From Octopus vulgaris (taxonomy: Eukaryota), in assembly GCA_951406725.2 (NCBI GenBank), contig OX597833.1, forward strand, positions 9,052,001-9,116,000: a stretch of DNA of 64,000 bases. The letters are read 5' to 3'. The position numbers were made by a program, and so were the translations under genes. Numbering within the stretch: position 1 is the stretch's first letter; each line of letters begins with the position of its first letter. Positions 37,765 through 47,908 of this stretch are shown one piece after another. The notes under the pieces were generated by a model. The model saw nothing but the letters and a program-made list of their open reading frames with translations, was not told where the DNA came from and searched no databases.

Positions 37765-38757
37765 CTTAAAGACATAGATTGGTTGCCAAACCACAATAGT
37801 GCAGGGGTTAAACGTATGGGTTATTGGCCTGGCAATTACAGGTTCAAACTAAGCCGATTCCATTTTGTCATCTAATCTAGATAAAATCAAATTTTTTTAC
37901 TCCCAGCTTCACAACATTACTCTTTTACTTGTTTCAGTCATTTGACTGCGGCCATGCTGGAGCACTGCCATTAGTAAAACTGTTTTTCAAATGTCTACAT
38001 CTATTTTTGTATCTTTGGTTCTTGCTGGTCTGATTAAGGAAAATGGACATTTCTTATTCCACGGTGAAATATGAGTCAATAAGAAGGACACTGTCAGACA
38101 CAACACCCGCCTTCCCTATTCTGTAGCCAAAAAGGGTTAGGAAAAGGGGGGGGTCAAGAGAGAAAAGAAATCAGGCGTGATGTAAGGGAGGTAACTGGTG
38201 CTTCTTCGCTACTTGACCAGTGAACCTAATCGGCTGCAAAGGCTATCATCGGTTGTCAATGGACCTGGGTGGAGTTGTAAGATAATCGAATCAGAATAGA
38301 ACCGGTTTATTCGTGGTTCACCAGGCTCAGCTATTTGCTTTACATATTTGGGGGCCAAGATTTGGAGGTAAATTGCCTGTTTGCTGTGGGGAGAAGAATT
38401 TTGAGATAATTTGCGTCTCCGTTTGGACGTCTAATTTGGGGGTTTTTTCCTCAATAATTTCTACTTTTAATTTTTTCCCTCCTGTAAAAATATTTTCCTT
38501 AATAAAAATGGTATTTATGTAAGCTCGACCGACCTACAACCCCTTCTCCCAAGATAGCCGTTTTGGTTTCCGAATTGCAGTGATGGAGTGGATGTTGTTT
38601 GTGTGCAACTTTTTATGATATAAAATGTGTCCCCTTTGCTTTTGTTTTGTAAATTGTGCTTTGTTATGGAGACATTGGGTTTCTCAGTGTAACAAGTTCA
38701 ATGTTTTCTAGCTTTGAATTGTGAGTCTTTAATTCGCTAATCTCCTGCTGATGTGTT

Positions 38758-38830
38758 GTATCAAATGATGAAGTCTTCTTCTAGTCTCTAATACCAATGA
38801 GGGTTTCAACTTTTCTGACTCTGATGCTAC
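38758..38830 (+). ncRNA. Box C/D snoRNA, paralog b (copy 2)
   Basis: Identical to 34191..34263. Confidence 0.8.
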
Positions 38831-39438
38831 CTTAAACACATCACTTAACCCATCTCCCCTTCCATATCCCGTTGATCATAGTTTTTCTTGATTAAATATG
38901 AAATGTATTTTTCCTCATTATTTCTATAATTATTGTGGTGGTCATATTGGTAAGGACGTGGTGGTCATGGCTCTGCTGTGGAGAAGATTTTGAGATAATT
39001 TTGGTCTCCGTATCATATCTGTATTAATGATGTGTACTTTTTCAAGTACACATATGTCTATCAAGGAGTAAAGTGTTACTGAGATCTGTAGTGCAATGTT
39101 ACACTTGTATGCTGTTTTTAAGAACTGAATGACTGGTCATTTGGTCACAAACAAGTCCACTTTGTGAAATTAATTTTTTTCTTGTGTACTTTTGTTGATA
39201 GTTGTGCAAATTGAAACATTTGCATAGACTAATGGCAATTATTTTACAATTGGATATACTTTGCTTCTTAGAGTTGTCAGCAATGATAATGGAAATGGCA
39301 TTAGTTTTAGCCAGGTTAGCATTGATATAAAATTGGAAGATAAAGTTTGTGCTTAGTATATCCCAATGGGGTTTAGATGCTAAAGGCTGTGTTCCATAAA
39401 TCTCTGCGATGTTTCGTATATGCCTGCGGTGGTGTGTT

Positions 39439-39508
39439 GTGCCAAATGATGAAAGCATTCCAGTCTCTAACATCAATGAGGGAGAAACTTTTCTGACTCT
39501 GATGGTAC
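39439..39508 (+). ncRNA. Box C/D snoRNA, paralog c (copy 2)
   Basis: Identical to 34869..34938; lies about 335 nt upstream of the exon 4 acceptor. Confidence 0.85.
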
Positions 39509-39842
39509 CTCAAACACATCCCAGCAAACAATGGTTTAGCTTGGTAACTGGCAAGAGCAGCAGTGCAGGCATTGAATGGTAGAGTGTGAGGAATCCAATT
39601 AATTAGCAAAGTGAATTACTCTAGGAAGTCCTGTTGTGGTGTTCATTTGTGTACATGACTGAGAATAGTTTATAGTAACACGATATTGATTCAGTGGATG
39701 AGTCAAATTAGCTAATGTTGAATTTATATATATTGCTTTTTTTACGTGAAATCCATGGGTTGAATATTTCTTTTATTTTATGAATTAGTTTCAGTTTTTT
39801 TATTTATTTATCTCTGTTAATTGTTTCTGGTTATTTTTGCAG

Positions 39843-39949
39843 AAAGATGAAGAGTTATGAAGAATCCCAGAAGTCGAAAAAAACTGTGGCGTCGATGATA
39901 GAAAATAGAAAAGAAGACAAGAAGAAAAAAGAAGAAAAGAATAACAAAG
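39843..39949 (+). CDS. SRPRA: SRPRA coding exon 4
   Basis: atttttgcag | (R)KMKSYEESQKSKKTVASMIENRKEDKKKKEEKNNK | gtagga; resembles the conserved MKKFEDSEKAKKPVRSMIE segment; phase 2/1. Confidence 0.93.
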
Positions 39950-40324
39950 GTAGGATCACCCCCCTCCCCCACCTTCACCCCCACCCTCATCCCCTCCCCC
40001 TCCCCCACCATTATCGTCACCCTAATCACTCCATTATCAATATCCTCCTTATCTTCATGATGCTCTTCTATCATGTCTTTCACAATTTCATCTGCTTGGA
40101 ACCACTTAGAAACACTGAGAAATCTTTTACTTTCTGACCTTTGTAAGCTTTTCTCTCCCACAAAATCCATTCAGGCCTTTTCCGCTCTTCATACGTTTCC
40201 TGAGTCTTTATTGCTGTATGTTGAGGTTTCACTGAATTTGCAGGTCTTCAATTGGTTTAAATATTCTTCTTGCAGCATTTTGTGATTGGCAGGTTTTTGA
40301 ATTGTTAGCTTTGTCTTATCCAAG

Positions 40325-40690
40325 GGTGGCAGAATTGTTAAAGATATCTCGGGGAAGGTATTTCAGCACTTTTCAATTTAAGTTCAAATCCTGCTTAGGT
40401 CAATTTTCTTTTTTGTACTTTTGGGGTGGATAAAATAAAGTACCAGTCAAGTACTGAGGTTGAAATGGTCAACTGAACTCCTACCCAAGTTCAGTCATTC
40501 TACTTATGTTACAAACGATTATCCTCATCCACATTCCGAGTTGAAATCCTGTTAAAGCCCTCTTTGCATTTCATCCTTTTGGGGTCAGTAAAATATAAGT
40601 ATCTGTTGAGTACAGGGGTCAATGAAATTAACTAATTATGTGTCCCTAAAATTGTTGACCTTGTGCCAAAATTTGACATCATTATTGTTG
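40325..40690 (+). mobile_element. Two adjacent degenerate family-B SINEs
   Basis: Two passes through gttcaaatcc/gttgaaatcc...ttttgggg...aaaata.agta..gtt/cgagtac.gggg. Confidence 0.6.
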
Positions 40691-41040
40691 TTGTTAGCAT
40701 TTAATATATACAGTGAAAAGTTAGGTGTATTGTTAACATGCATGAACATACTGAAATGAAGAGATTCTGAGGTAAACCTCAATGTGGTTTATCTCAATGT
40801 GGAGAGATTTTAAGAGAGGGTAACTGGAATTCTCTGCACACTTGTACCTCGCTAAAGAGGGTCGGTTTTCTCAGTCTGTTGAAAACAGCAGTCAAATCTC
40901 CCTCAAATCACACTTAACTGCTTTATATAAGGACCAGCTCTGGGCAGTAACCAGTTCCGAGTAGATATTTGGTGTGTGTGTGTGTGTGTGTGTGTGTATA
41001 TCATGGTACAGGATATTTCTGTTTAGTGAAAAACTTCAAA

Positions 41041-44000
41041 CATCATCATCATCATCATCATTTAGCGTCCGTTTTCCATGCTAGCATGGGTTGGACGGTT
41101 CTGCTGGGGTCTGTGAAGCCAGAAGGCTTCATCAGGCCCAGTCAAATCTGGCAGTGTTTCTACGGCTGGATGCCCTTCCTAACGCCAACCACTCCGTGAG
41201 TGTAGTGGGTGCTTTTTACGTGCCACCCGCACTGGTGCCAGCCAGAGCTGGCAAACGGCCACGAACGGATGGTGTTTTTTATGTGCCACCGGCACGAGGG
41301 CCAGGCGAGGCTGGCAACGAACACGAAACGGGGCGGTGCTGGCAACGGTCGCGAAACGGAAGGTTCTCTTACATGCCACCGGCACTGGTAACACATCTGC
41401 AATTTCCATTGATCGATTTCCATTGATCGATTTCGATTCTGATCCTCACTTGCCTCAATGGGTCTTCACAAGCAGAGTTTCGACATGCCACCGGCACTGG
41501 TAGCACATCCGCAATTTCCATTGATCGATTTCGATTCTGATCCTCACTTGCCTCAACACGTCTTCACAAGTAGAGTTTTGTGTCCCAAGAAGGGAAGGTA
41601 TGCATACGTAGGCTGGCTCCATCCCATGTAGAAGGCCACGGGTTGTGGACTCACTTGTCCTGCCGGGTCTTCTCGCGCACAGCACACTTCCAGAGGTCTC
41701 GGTCTCTAGTCATTTCCTCGGTGAGACCTAAAGTTCGAAGGTCGTGCTTCACCACCTCGTCCCAGGTTTTCCTGGGTCTGCCTCTTCCACAGGTTCCCTC
41801 AACCGCTAGGGTGTGGCACTTTTTCACACAACTATCTTCATCCATTCTCGCCACATGACCATACCAGCGCAAACGTCTCTCTTGCACACCACAACTGATG
41901 CTTCTTAGGTCCAGCTTTTCTCTCAAGGTACTTACACTCTGCCGAGTGTGAGTACTGGCATTACACATCCATCGGAGCATACTGGCTTCATTTCTAGCGA
42001 GCTTACGCATATCCTCAGCAGTCACGGCCCATGTTTCACTGCCATGTAGCATGGCTGTTCGTACACACGCATCATACAGTCTGCCTTTCACTCTGTGCGA
42101 GAGGCCTTTTGTCACCAGCAGAGGTAAGAGCTCTCTGAACTTTGCCCAAGCTATTCTTACTCTAGCAGTTACACTTTCAGCACACCCGCCCCCGCTGCTG
42201 ACTTGGTCACCTAGGTAACGGAAACTATCAACTATTTCTAGTTTTTCTCCCTGGAAAGTGACAGAAGTTGGTCTCAGAGCATTTTCAGTGTTTATTGTTC
42301 CTGAGCATCTGCCACATACAAAAACCATCTTCCTAGTTAGCCTTCCTTTGACATTGCTGCATCTCTTATGTGTCCATAGCTTACACTTGGTGCATCTTAT
42401 AGAGTTTCTACCTACACCTTTTCTACAGATCGAGCAGGGCCATCTACCTGAAGGTGTTTGTGATTTGTCTACCTTCCTACTGATTACGACTTTGGTTTTA
42501 GCTAGATTGACTCTGAGGCCCTTCGATTCTAATCCTTGTTTCCACACCTGAAACTTCTCCTCCAGTTCTGATAGCGACTCAGCAATTAGAGCAAGGTCAT
42601 CAGCATAGAGGAGCTCCCAAGGGCATCCTGTCTTGAATTCCTCCGTTATTGCCTGGAGGACTATGATAAATAGGAGGGGGCTGAGTACTGAGCCTTGGTG
42701 GACCCCTACCTCTACCCGGAATTCTTCACTGTACTCATTTCCAACCCTCACCCTACTAGCGGCGTCCCTATACATGGCCCGCACAGCTCTCACTAACCAT
42801 TCATCTATCCCTAGTTTTCTCATTGCCCACCAGATAAGGGATCGGGGGACCCTGTCGAAGGCTTTCTCCATGTCAACAAAAGCCAGGTACAGGGGCTTAT
42901 CTTTGGCTAGGTATTTCTCCTGCAGCTGCCTTACCAGGAATATAGCATCAGTAGTACTTTTCCCTGGCACAAACCCAAACTGCATCTCATCTAAACTAAC
43001 TCTCTCTCTAATTAGTTGGGCTATGACCCTCTCCGTAACCTTCATCACCTGGTCCAACAGCTTGATACCTCTGTAGTTGTTTGTATCTAGGGCATCACCT
43101 TTACCTTTGTAGCAGTTGACTATTATACTGCTACACCAGTCATTGGGTATGACCCCTTTGTGTATCACCTGATTAACTATATGGGTGACTAGGCTATAGC
43201 CGACACTACCAGACATTTTGAGCATCTCTGCAGTGATTCCTGATGGGCCTGGGGCTTTCCCTGTCTTCATGCTTCTAATTGCCTTAGCTACCACAGAACT
43301 ATCAACTCGGATAGCTGGTCCCTCTGTTGGGTCAACATTCGGCAGACTCTCTTTATCCCATTCATTTTCTTCATTCAGCAACCTTTCATAGTGGCATCTC
43401 CAAACCTCTCTCTTTGCATCCTCATTTAGCGCAAGTGAACCATCTTCCATGCGAACACACTTCTCTCCTACCACATCACGATTCTCTCTCACACACTGTC
43501 TTGCAACACGAAACACCTCCAGTCTTTGGTCCTCACGGCGCAGAACATTGGCAAATTTTTTCTTATCTGCTTCCCCTCTGGCTAAATAAACCTGTCTCCT
43601 AGCTTCTCTTTTGGCAGTCTGATACAATTCCCTGCTACCCCCATTTTTCCAGACCTTCCAAGCCTGTCTCTTTTCTCTAATAGCCCTGTCTACAATATTG
43701 TTCCACCACCACGTTATTCTAGGTCGAGAGGGGACTTTGCACCAGCCACAGATCTGGTCAGTGGCTCTCAGCAGGTTGTCCCTTAGAAACGTCCAGCTGT
43801 CTTCTACCCCCTGTGATGCTCTATCCCCTTCTACTTCGTCAGAGGCTTCAAGTAATATGTCCCTAAATCTCTGTCCATTTGCAGGATCTTTAAGCTTCCA
43901 GATCCTTCTTCTCCATATTTGTCGTCTTCTGGTTGTCCTCCTAGTCCTGATCCTAAAGTCACTAACTACCAGTCTATGTTGTGGGGTACATTCTTCACCT

Positions 44001-44155
44001 GGGAAGGTTTTGGCATTTATAAGCAGCCATCTCTCCCTTTGCCTTGTAAGGATGTAGTCAATTTGGCTGGTATGTTGGCCCGATTGGTAAGTGACTAGGT
44101 GGCTGGTAGGTTTCCTGAAGTTAGTGTTGCAAATCATAAGATTATTTGCATCGCA
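41041..44155 (-). mobile_element. Young 5'-truncated RTE-clade LINE in SRPRA intron 4
   Basis: Uninterrupted ORF from the endonuclease C-terminus (TYQSGQHTSQIDYILT, QHRLVVSDF) through RT (GKAPGPSG, YRGIKLL, QFGFVPG, AFVDMEKAFDRV, GVHQGSVLSPLLF, YADD) to the RTE C-terminus (RRLRWYGHV, GRGRPRKTW). About 600-bp 3'UTR and (GAT)7 tail at 41041-41061. No convincing target-site duplication. Confidence 0.97.
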
Positions 44156-44221
44156 AATATTTGTTTCATTTGATATTTTAGTTTGTTGTCTTTGTTTTAG
44201 TCCGTCCGACTGAAGTAGCAT
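41651..44221 (-). CDS. RTE ORF (partial APE + RT + PHD finger), 856 aa as called; first ~22 aa are host-derived
   Basis: From the ORF track. Element homology begins at CDANNLMICNTNF; the ATG (44219-44221) is in the antisense of SRPRA exon 5. Confidence 0.7.
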   Translation of the reverse strand: MLLQSDGLKQRQQTKISNETNICDANNLMICNTNFRKPTSHLVTYQSGQHTSQIDYILTRQRERWLLINAKTFPGEECTPQHRLVVSDFRIRTRRTTRRRQIWRRRIWKLKDPANGQRFRDILLEASDEVEGDRASQGVEDSWTFLRDNLLRATDQICGWCKVPSRPRITWWWNNIVDRAIREKRQAWKVWKNGGSRELYQTAKREARRQVYLARGEADKKKFANVLRREDQRLEVFRVARQCVRENRDVVGEKCVRMEDGSLALNEDAKREVWRCHYERLLNEENEWDKESLPNVDPTEGPAIRVDSSVVAKAIRSMKTGKAPGPSGITAEMLKMSGSVGYSLVTHIVNQVIHKGVIPNDWCSSIIVNCYKGKGDALDTNNYRGIKLLDQVMKVTERVIAQLIRERVSLDEMQFGFVPGKSTTDAIFLVRQLQEKYLAKDKPLYLAFVDMEKAFDRVPRSLIWWAMRKLGIDEWLVRAVRAMYRDAASRVRVGNEYSEEFRVEVGVHQGSVLSPLLFIIVLQAITEEFKTGCPWELLYADDLALIAESLSELEEKFQVWKQGLESKGLRVNLAKTKVVISRKVDKSQTPSGRWPCSICRKGVGRNSIRCTKCKLWTHKRCSNVKGRLTRKMVFVCGRCSGTINTENALRPTSVTFQGEKLEIVDSFRYLGDQVSSGGGCAESVTARVRIAWAKFRELLPLLVTKGLSHRVKGRLYDACVRTAMLHGSETWAVTAEDMRKLARNEASMLRWMCNASTHTRQSVSTLREKLDLRSISCGVQERRLRWYGHVARMDEDSCVKKCHTLAVEGTCGRGRPRKTWDEVVKHDLRTLGLTEEMTRDRDLWKCAVREKTRQDK

Positions 44222-44366
44222 TTAAAATGGCAGCGGCACCAGTGAAAGAGGAGGCTGTGATCAAAGACACGGCTGGAGAATTGGATGAAGAAACTATTCG
44301 AAGAAATATTGAGAAAAAGTTCAAGAAAAAACCTGCAAAACAACAACAACAACAACAAGATGTTAG
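44201..44366 (+). CDS. SRPRA: SRPRA coding exon 5 (linker)
   Basis: tttgttttag | (V)RPTEVAFKMAAAPVKEE...ELDEETIRRNIEKKFKKKPAKQQQQQQDV(S) | gtttgt. Phase 1/2 bridges exons 4 and 6 exactly; ELDEETIRR resembles vertebrate ELSKEELIRR. Confidence 0.88.
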
Positions 44367-44829
44367 GTTTGTGGGCTTTTATTTCTTTTTACCAAGTTTT
44401 ACCAGGAAAGTGAACGTGTTGTAGATTAGCTTTCTCTCTGGGGGTGGGCATGGTGCTATTGTTTTTGGGAATGCAATGGATGCCAATGTTGAAAGTGCAC
44501 TTATGAGTTGTATGAGGAGGGGACACACGCATACATCCGTGCATCCACAATCACACACACACTTTCTCTCTCTCTTGTATATGTGATTGTGGATCTCTTG
44601 TTGGTTTCAGCAATGAGCAATCCAGCTCTTGGACAACAAACCTACTGCATTCATTATTCATTAAATTGTTTTTCTGACTAAAGTATAAACGATAGACACA
44701 AAGGTGGAAAATTAAAATACAAGCCTTTTGACACTCTGCTGCATAGTTTCTCTCTACATACATCTACCCCCTACTCCATGAAGATCGCTCAGATGTTTTG
44801 GCAAGGCATCATATAATCATGGGCCCTTG

Positions 44830-45125
44830 AATCCCAACCTATTGCAGCGCACGGTCCTCACTCAGACGGAATAGCTGTGACCTTTGGAACAGTGCAGTGA
44901 CGTACAATTCAGGGGCTGGTATTGCTCTCGATACCAAAGTTTGGTGCAGCCCCTCCAGGATCTTCAATACATGTATCACTCCAGGGAGTAGAGTCCATAG
45001 CTCTTTCAATCTCTCTCGGTAACTCAACTCTTCCATTGACGCTTGCTTTCTGGTGTAGCACAACTGAACTGCCTCAAGTTCTGCTATTAATTTGAAACTG
45101 TAGGTTGACCACAGTTGGGAGCAGT
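44830..45125 (-). mobile_element. CR1-like LINE 3' coding fragment
   Basis: MEELSYRERLKEL...KILEGL resembles the LSYxERLxxL C-terminal motif of CR1-group LINEs. Confidence 0.6.
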
Positions 45126-45164
45126 TTCTCCATAAGTGATTTCGACACCCCTAATAAAACCCCC

Positions 45165-45425
45165 ATCATCGTCATCATTTAATGTCTGTTTTTCATGCTG
45201 GCATGGGTTGGATGGTTTGATTGAAAACTGCTGCACCAGTTTCTAATCTGATTTGGCCTGGTTTCTATGGCTGGATGCTCTTCCTAATGCCAACCACCCC
45301 AAGACTATAGTGGGTGCTTTTCACGTGCCATTTATGTAACACTGGCATCAGCCATGACTATTATCTCACTTGGCTTCACATGTCTTCTCAAGCACAGTAA
45401 ATCTCCAAAAGTCTCGGTCACTCGT
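45165..45425 (-). mobile_element. RTE/SINE 3' tail fragment
   Basis: catcatc...tttaatgtctgtttttcatgctggcatgggttgga...ggctggatgctcttcctaatgccaaccac matches the 41041 element 3' end. Confidence 0.75.
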
Positions 45426-45600
45426 CCCTGTTTCCTTGGGCTGAAAATTAATTAAGGCAGTTTATAATTTTCTCACTATCAGGAGAAATTAGTAATTTTG
45501 ACAGGTTGCTGTGTTTTCTACACAGCTTTACACAAACACATTCCATTGATTGAGAGCAAATAAATGACTAAATGTGTTTTCTTTTCTTTTTTGGTAACAG

Positions 45601-45766
45601 CAAGAGCCCAGAAGATAAGAAGAAGAAGGGCAAAGTCGCTCGCAAATGGGACAACTGTGTGAGCAAAACTGATGCGGAAAGTTTGGACTTTAGCTCTAAG
45701 AATGGTTTAGTGAATGGTGACATCACTGATGCTGAAGTGGTGAAAAACCTCACTTCACATGATTTG
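45601..45766 (+). CDS. SRPRA: SRPRA coding exon 6
   Basis: ggtaacag | (S)KSPEDKKKKGKVARKWD...ESLDFS...TSHDL | gtaagt; conserved KGKxxRxW and LD(F/Y)S motifs; phase 2/0. Confidence 0.93.
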
Positions 45767-45790
45767 GTAAGTCTGTTGTTCTATTTCATT

Positions 45791-45865
45791 CTTTTGCTGG
45801 ATTGTAGCCATGCTGGAGCACCACCTTTTGCTGGATTGTAGCCATGCTGGAGCACCACCTTTTGC
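45791..45865. repeat. 34-bp perfect tandem duplication
   Basis: cttttgctggattgtagccatgctggagcaccac twice plus a partial copy, inside a small dispersed repeat (gccatgctggagcac also near 33362 and 59793). Confidence 0.9.
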
Positions 45866-46279
45866 AATTTTAGCAGGTTTCATTAATCCCAATATTTTGT
45901 TGATTTCATTGATGGTCGAGTGTGTAAAGGGACAAAAGTGTAATGGCATTAAATACCACATGGTATTTCTGCATTCATTCTGCCAACCTGAGTGTGTGTG
46001 TGTGTGTGTGTGTGTGTAATGGGTTGCCGACCATTTCCAGCTGTCAAATTTCCCTTGACAAGGTTTCTTGATTGATGAGGTTGTTGTGAAAGACGTTTGA
46101 TTGTCAAGATGCCATCTCAGGAAACGAATTGTGAACCCTTGTTGCAAAACAAACATTTTAACCTTTCATATACTGATGATGATGATGGTGGTGGTGGTGG
46201 TGGTGGTGGTGATGCTGAAGATGATTGCTATTGCACAAGAGGTCAGTTATTCATTTTTTTTTTTTGGTTTTTAACCCAG

Positions 46280-46386
46280 AATATGAAAGGACAAATGATG
46301 GGTGACTTGAAGGACATGGAACCGGAGAGTAGCAGCGAGGAGGAAGAAATTGAAGAAGAAATTGTCCAAAAACCAAGTAAGAAAAG
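46280..46386 (+). CDS. SRPRA: SRPRA coding exon 7
   Basis: ttaacccag | NMKGQMMGDLKDMEPESSSEEEEIEEEIVQKPSKK(S) | gtaagc; phase 0/2. Confidence 0.92.
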
Positions 46387-47780
46387 GTAAGCCTGAGGGG
46401 TTTCAGGGATGGCAACTGAGATTTTGTTTTTCTTGATTTCTGTTTCTTTTTTTGTTTACATCTGGTTTTCCTGGATTGCATGGGTTGGAGGAATATTTAT
46501 TGAGGCATTAAATTTATAACTGGATGCTGTTTCTACTGCTAATTCTATCCTGTTTTTTTTTTTTAGCAAGGGTTTTTTTTGTTCCCTGTGTCCTCAAAAG
46601 GAGAGGACTACAAGACACTTTCTGAGCAGTGGAGTGTTTAAAAAGTGTCTTTTCTTTGTTTTATGCCATGACGCAGAATATAAACATCTACACATGCAAA
46701 CGCATCTACTAAATCCACTCACAGGACATTGGTTAACCTAGGGCTGTACCTGAAGGCTCTTGCCCAAGGGGCCATGCATTATGATAGAACTAAATGGTTT
46801 CAGGTTCAGTCCTTCTGCTTGGCAACCTAGTCAAGTATCTTTTGCTTTAGCCCCGAAGTGACCAATACCTTCTGGGTGGATTTTGTAAATGGAAACTGAA
46901 AGAAGCCCACTACATGTGCTCTGCAAATGTTGCAGGCTGTTAGCTGTGTTGTTGCTTCATGTGTCAAACAGTTGTCTCCTCACTTCATATCTTCAAAGAC
47001 GTGTAAAATAAGTGAGCCTTTACTTGGAAAATAAAGGGTAAGCAATTGGAAGGGCCTTAGTAATATATTCATCTAACCCATGCTAGCATGGAAAAATGGA
47101 TGTAAAATGATATATTCACACAGCTTTTCCTGTCTCTAATAAATGAGATAATGGATTAAGTTAGGTGTTTTTACACTTAAGAGTGGAGTAGATTGTACAT
47201 GTTTAGTATTTGTATGTTTGTGTGTGTGTGTGTGTTTGTACATGCACGTGTGTTGTGTTTCATTAGCGTTTATGCCAAAGAAAGTCAATTTATTAGGTCA
47301 GGCTAATACTGAGATTTATAAACCTGTCCTACCCACATTAGTACAATGATTAGCGAGAGGCAGAATCCTCATGTTATAGATTTGTAATGTTACGTGTGTC
47401 AGCTCATTTTGCTTTAACATGCATTATTGGTGTTAGGAAGGCCATCCAGCCATAGAAACCATGCTGAAGCAGACATGGAACCTGGACAGCCCTTCAGCTG
47501 ATCAGCTCCTGTCAAACTGTCCAACCCATGCCAGCATGGGAAATGGACGTGAAATGATGATGATTTGCATGAATAGGTATATAACCTTTGATCACTACAT
47601 GCATGCATACTGTGCACTGAGGCATGTGCATTTCTGTGCATATTGCCCAGATGTGCAGATGTGTTCTTGTACTTTTTGTATATTTGCATTTAGGCGCAGC
47701 ACATGCGTTTGTTAGAGAGTAATGTGTTTTTCTAACCAAAGTGACAAATCTGTCTTCACTCTGATCTCCTCCTCCAACAG

Positions 47781-47908
47781 TTCTACAGCCAAATCCAAAA
47801 GCAGTGGTTTTGGAATGTTCACCATGTTCAAGAATTTGGTTGGTTCTAAAACACTGACTATGGAAGATATTCAACCTGTTGTTGACAAAATGAAAGACCA
47901 TTTAATTG
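47781..47908 (+). CDS. SRPRA: SRPRA coding exon 8 (start of N domain)
   Basis: ctccaacag | STAKSKSSGFGMFTMFKNLVGSKTLTMEDIQPVVDKMKDHLI | gtaagt; phase 2/1. Confidence 0.96.

Larger units (their letters stand above)
37682..39733 (+). repeat. Direct segmental repeat, copy 2
   Basis: Matches 33093..35164 at offset 4589 (start) and 4570 (end); has a 15-bp deletion near 38350. Confidence 0.95.

Noticed and set aside
33093-39733. LTR retrotransposon (long direct repeats flanking an internal region)
   Set aside because: No TG...CA ends, PBS, PPT, target-site duplication or gag/pol remnants; the interior is Helitron-derived.
42258-44057. Plus-strand ORFs of 91-147 aa
   Set aside because: Antisense shadows of the RTE ORF.
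41010-44175. Target-site duplication around the young RTE
   Set aside because: The best match (atatttctgttt vs atatttgttt) is imperfect and not adjacent to the tail.
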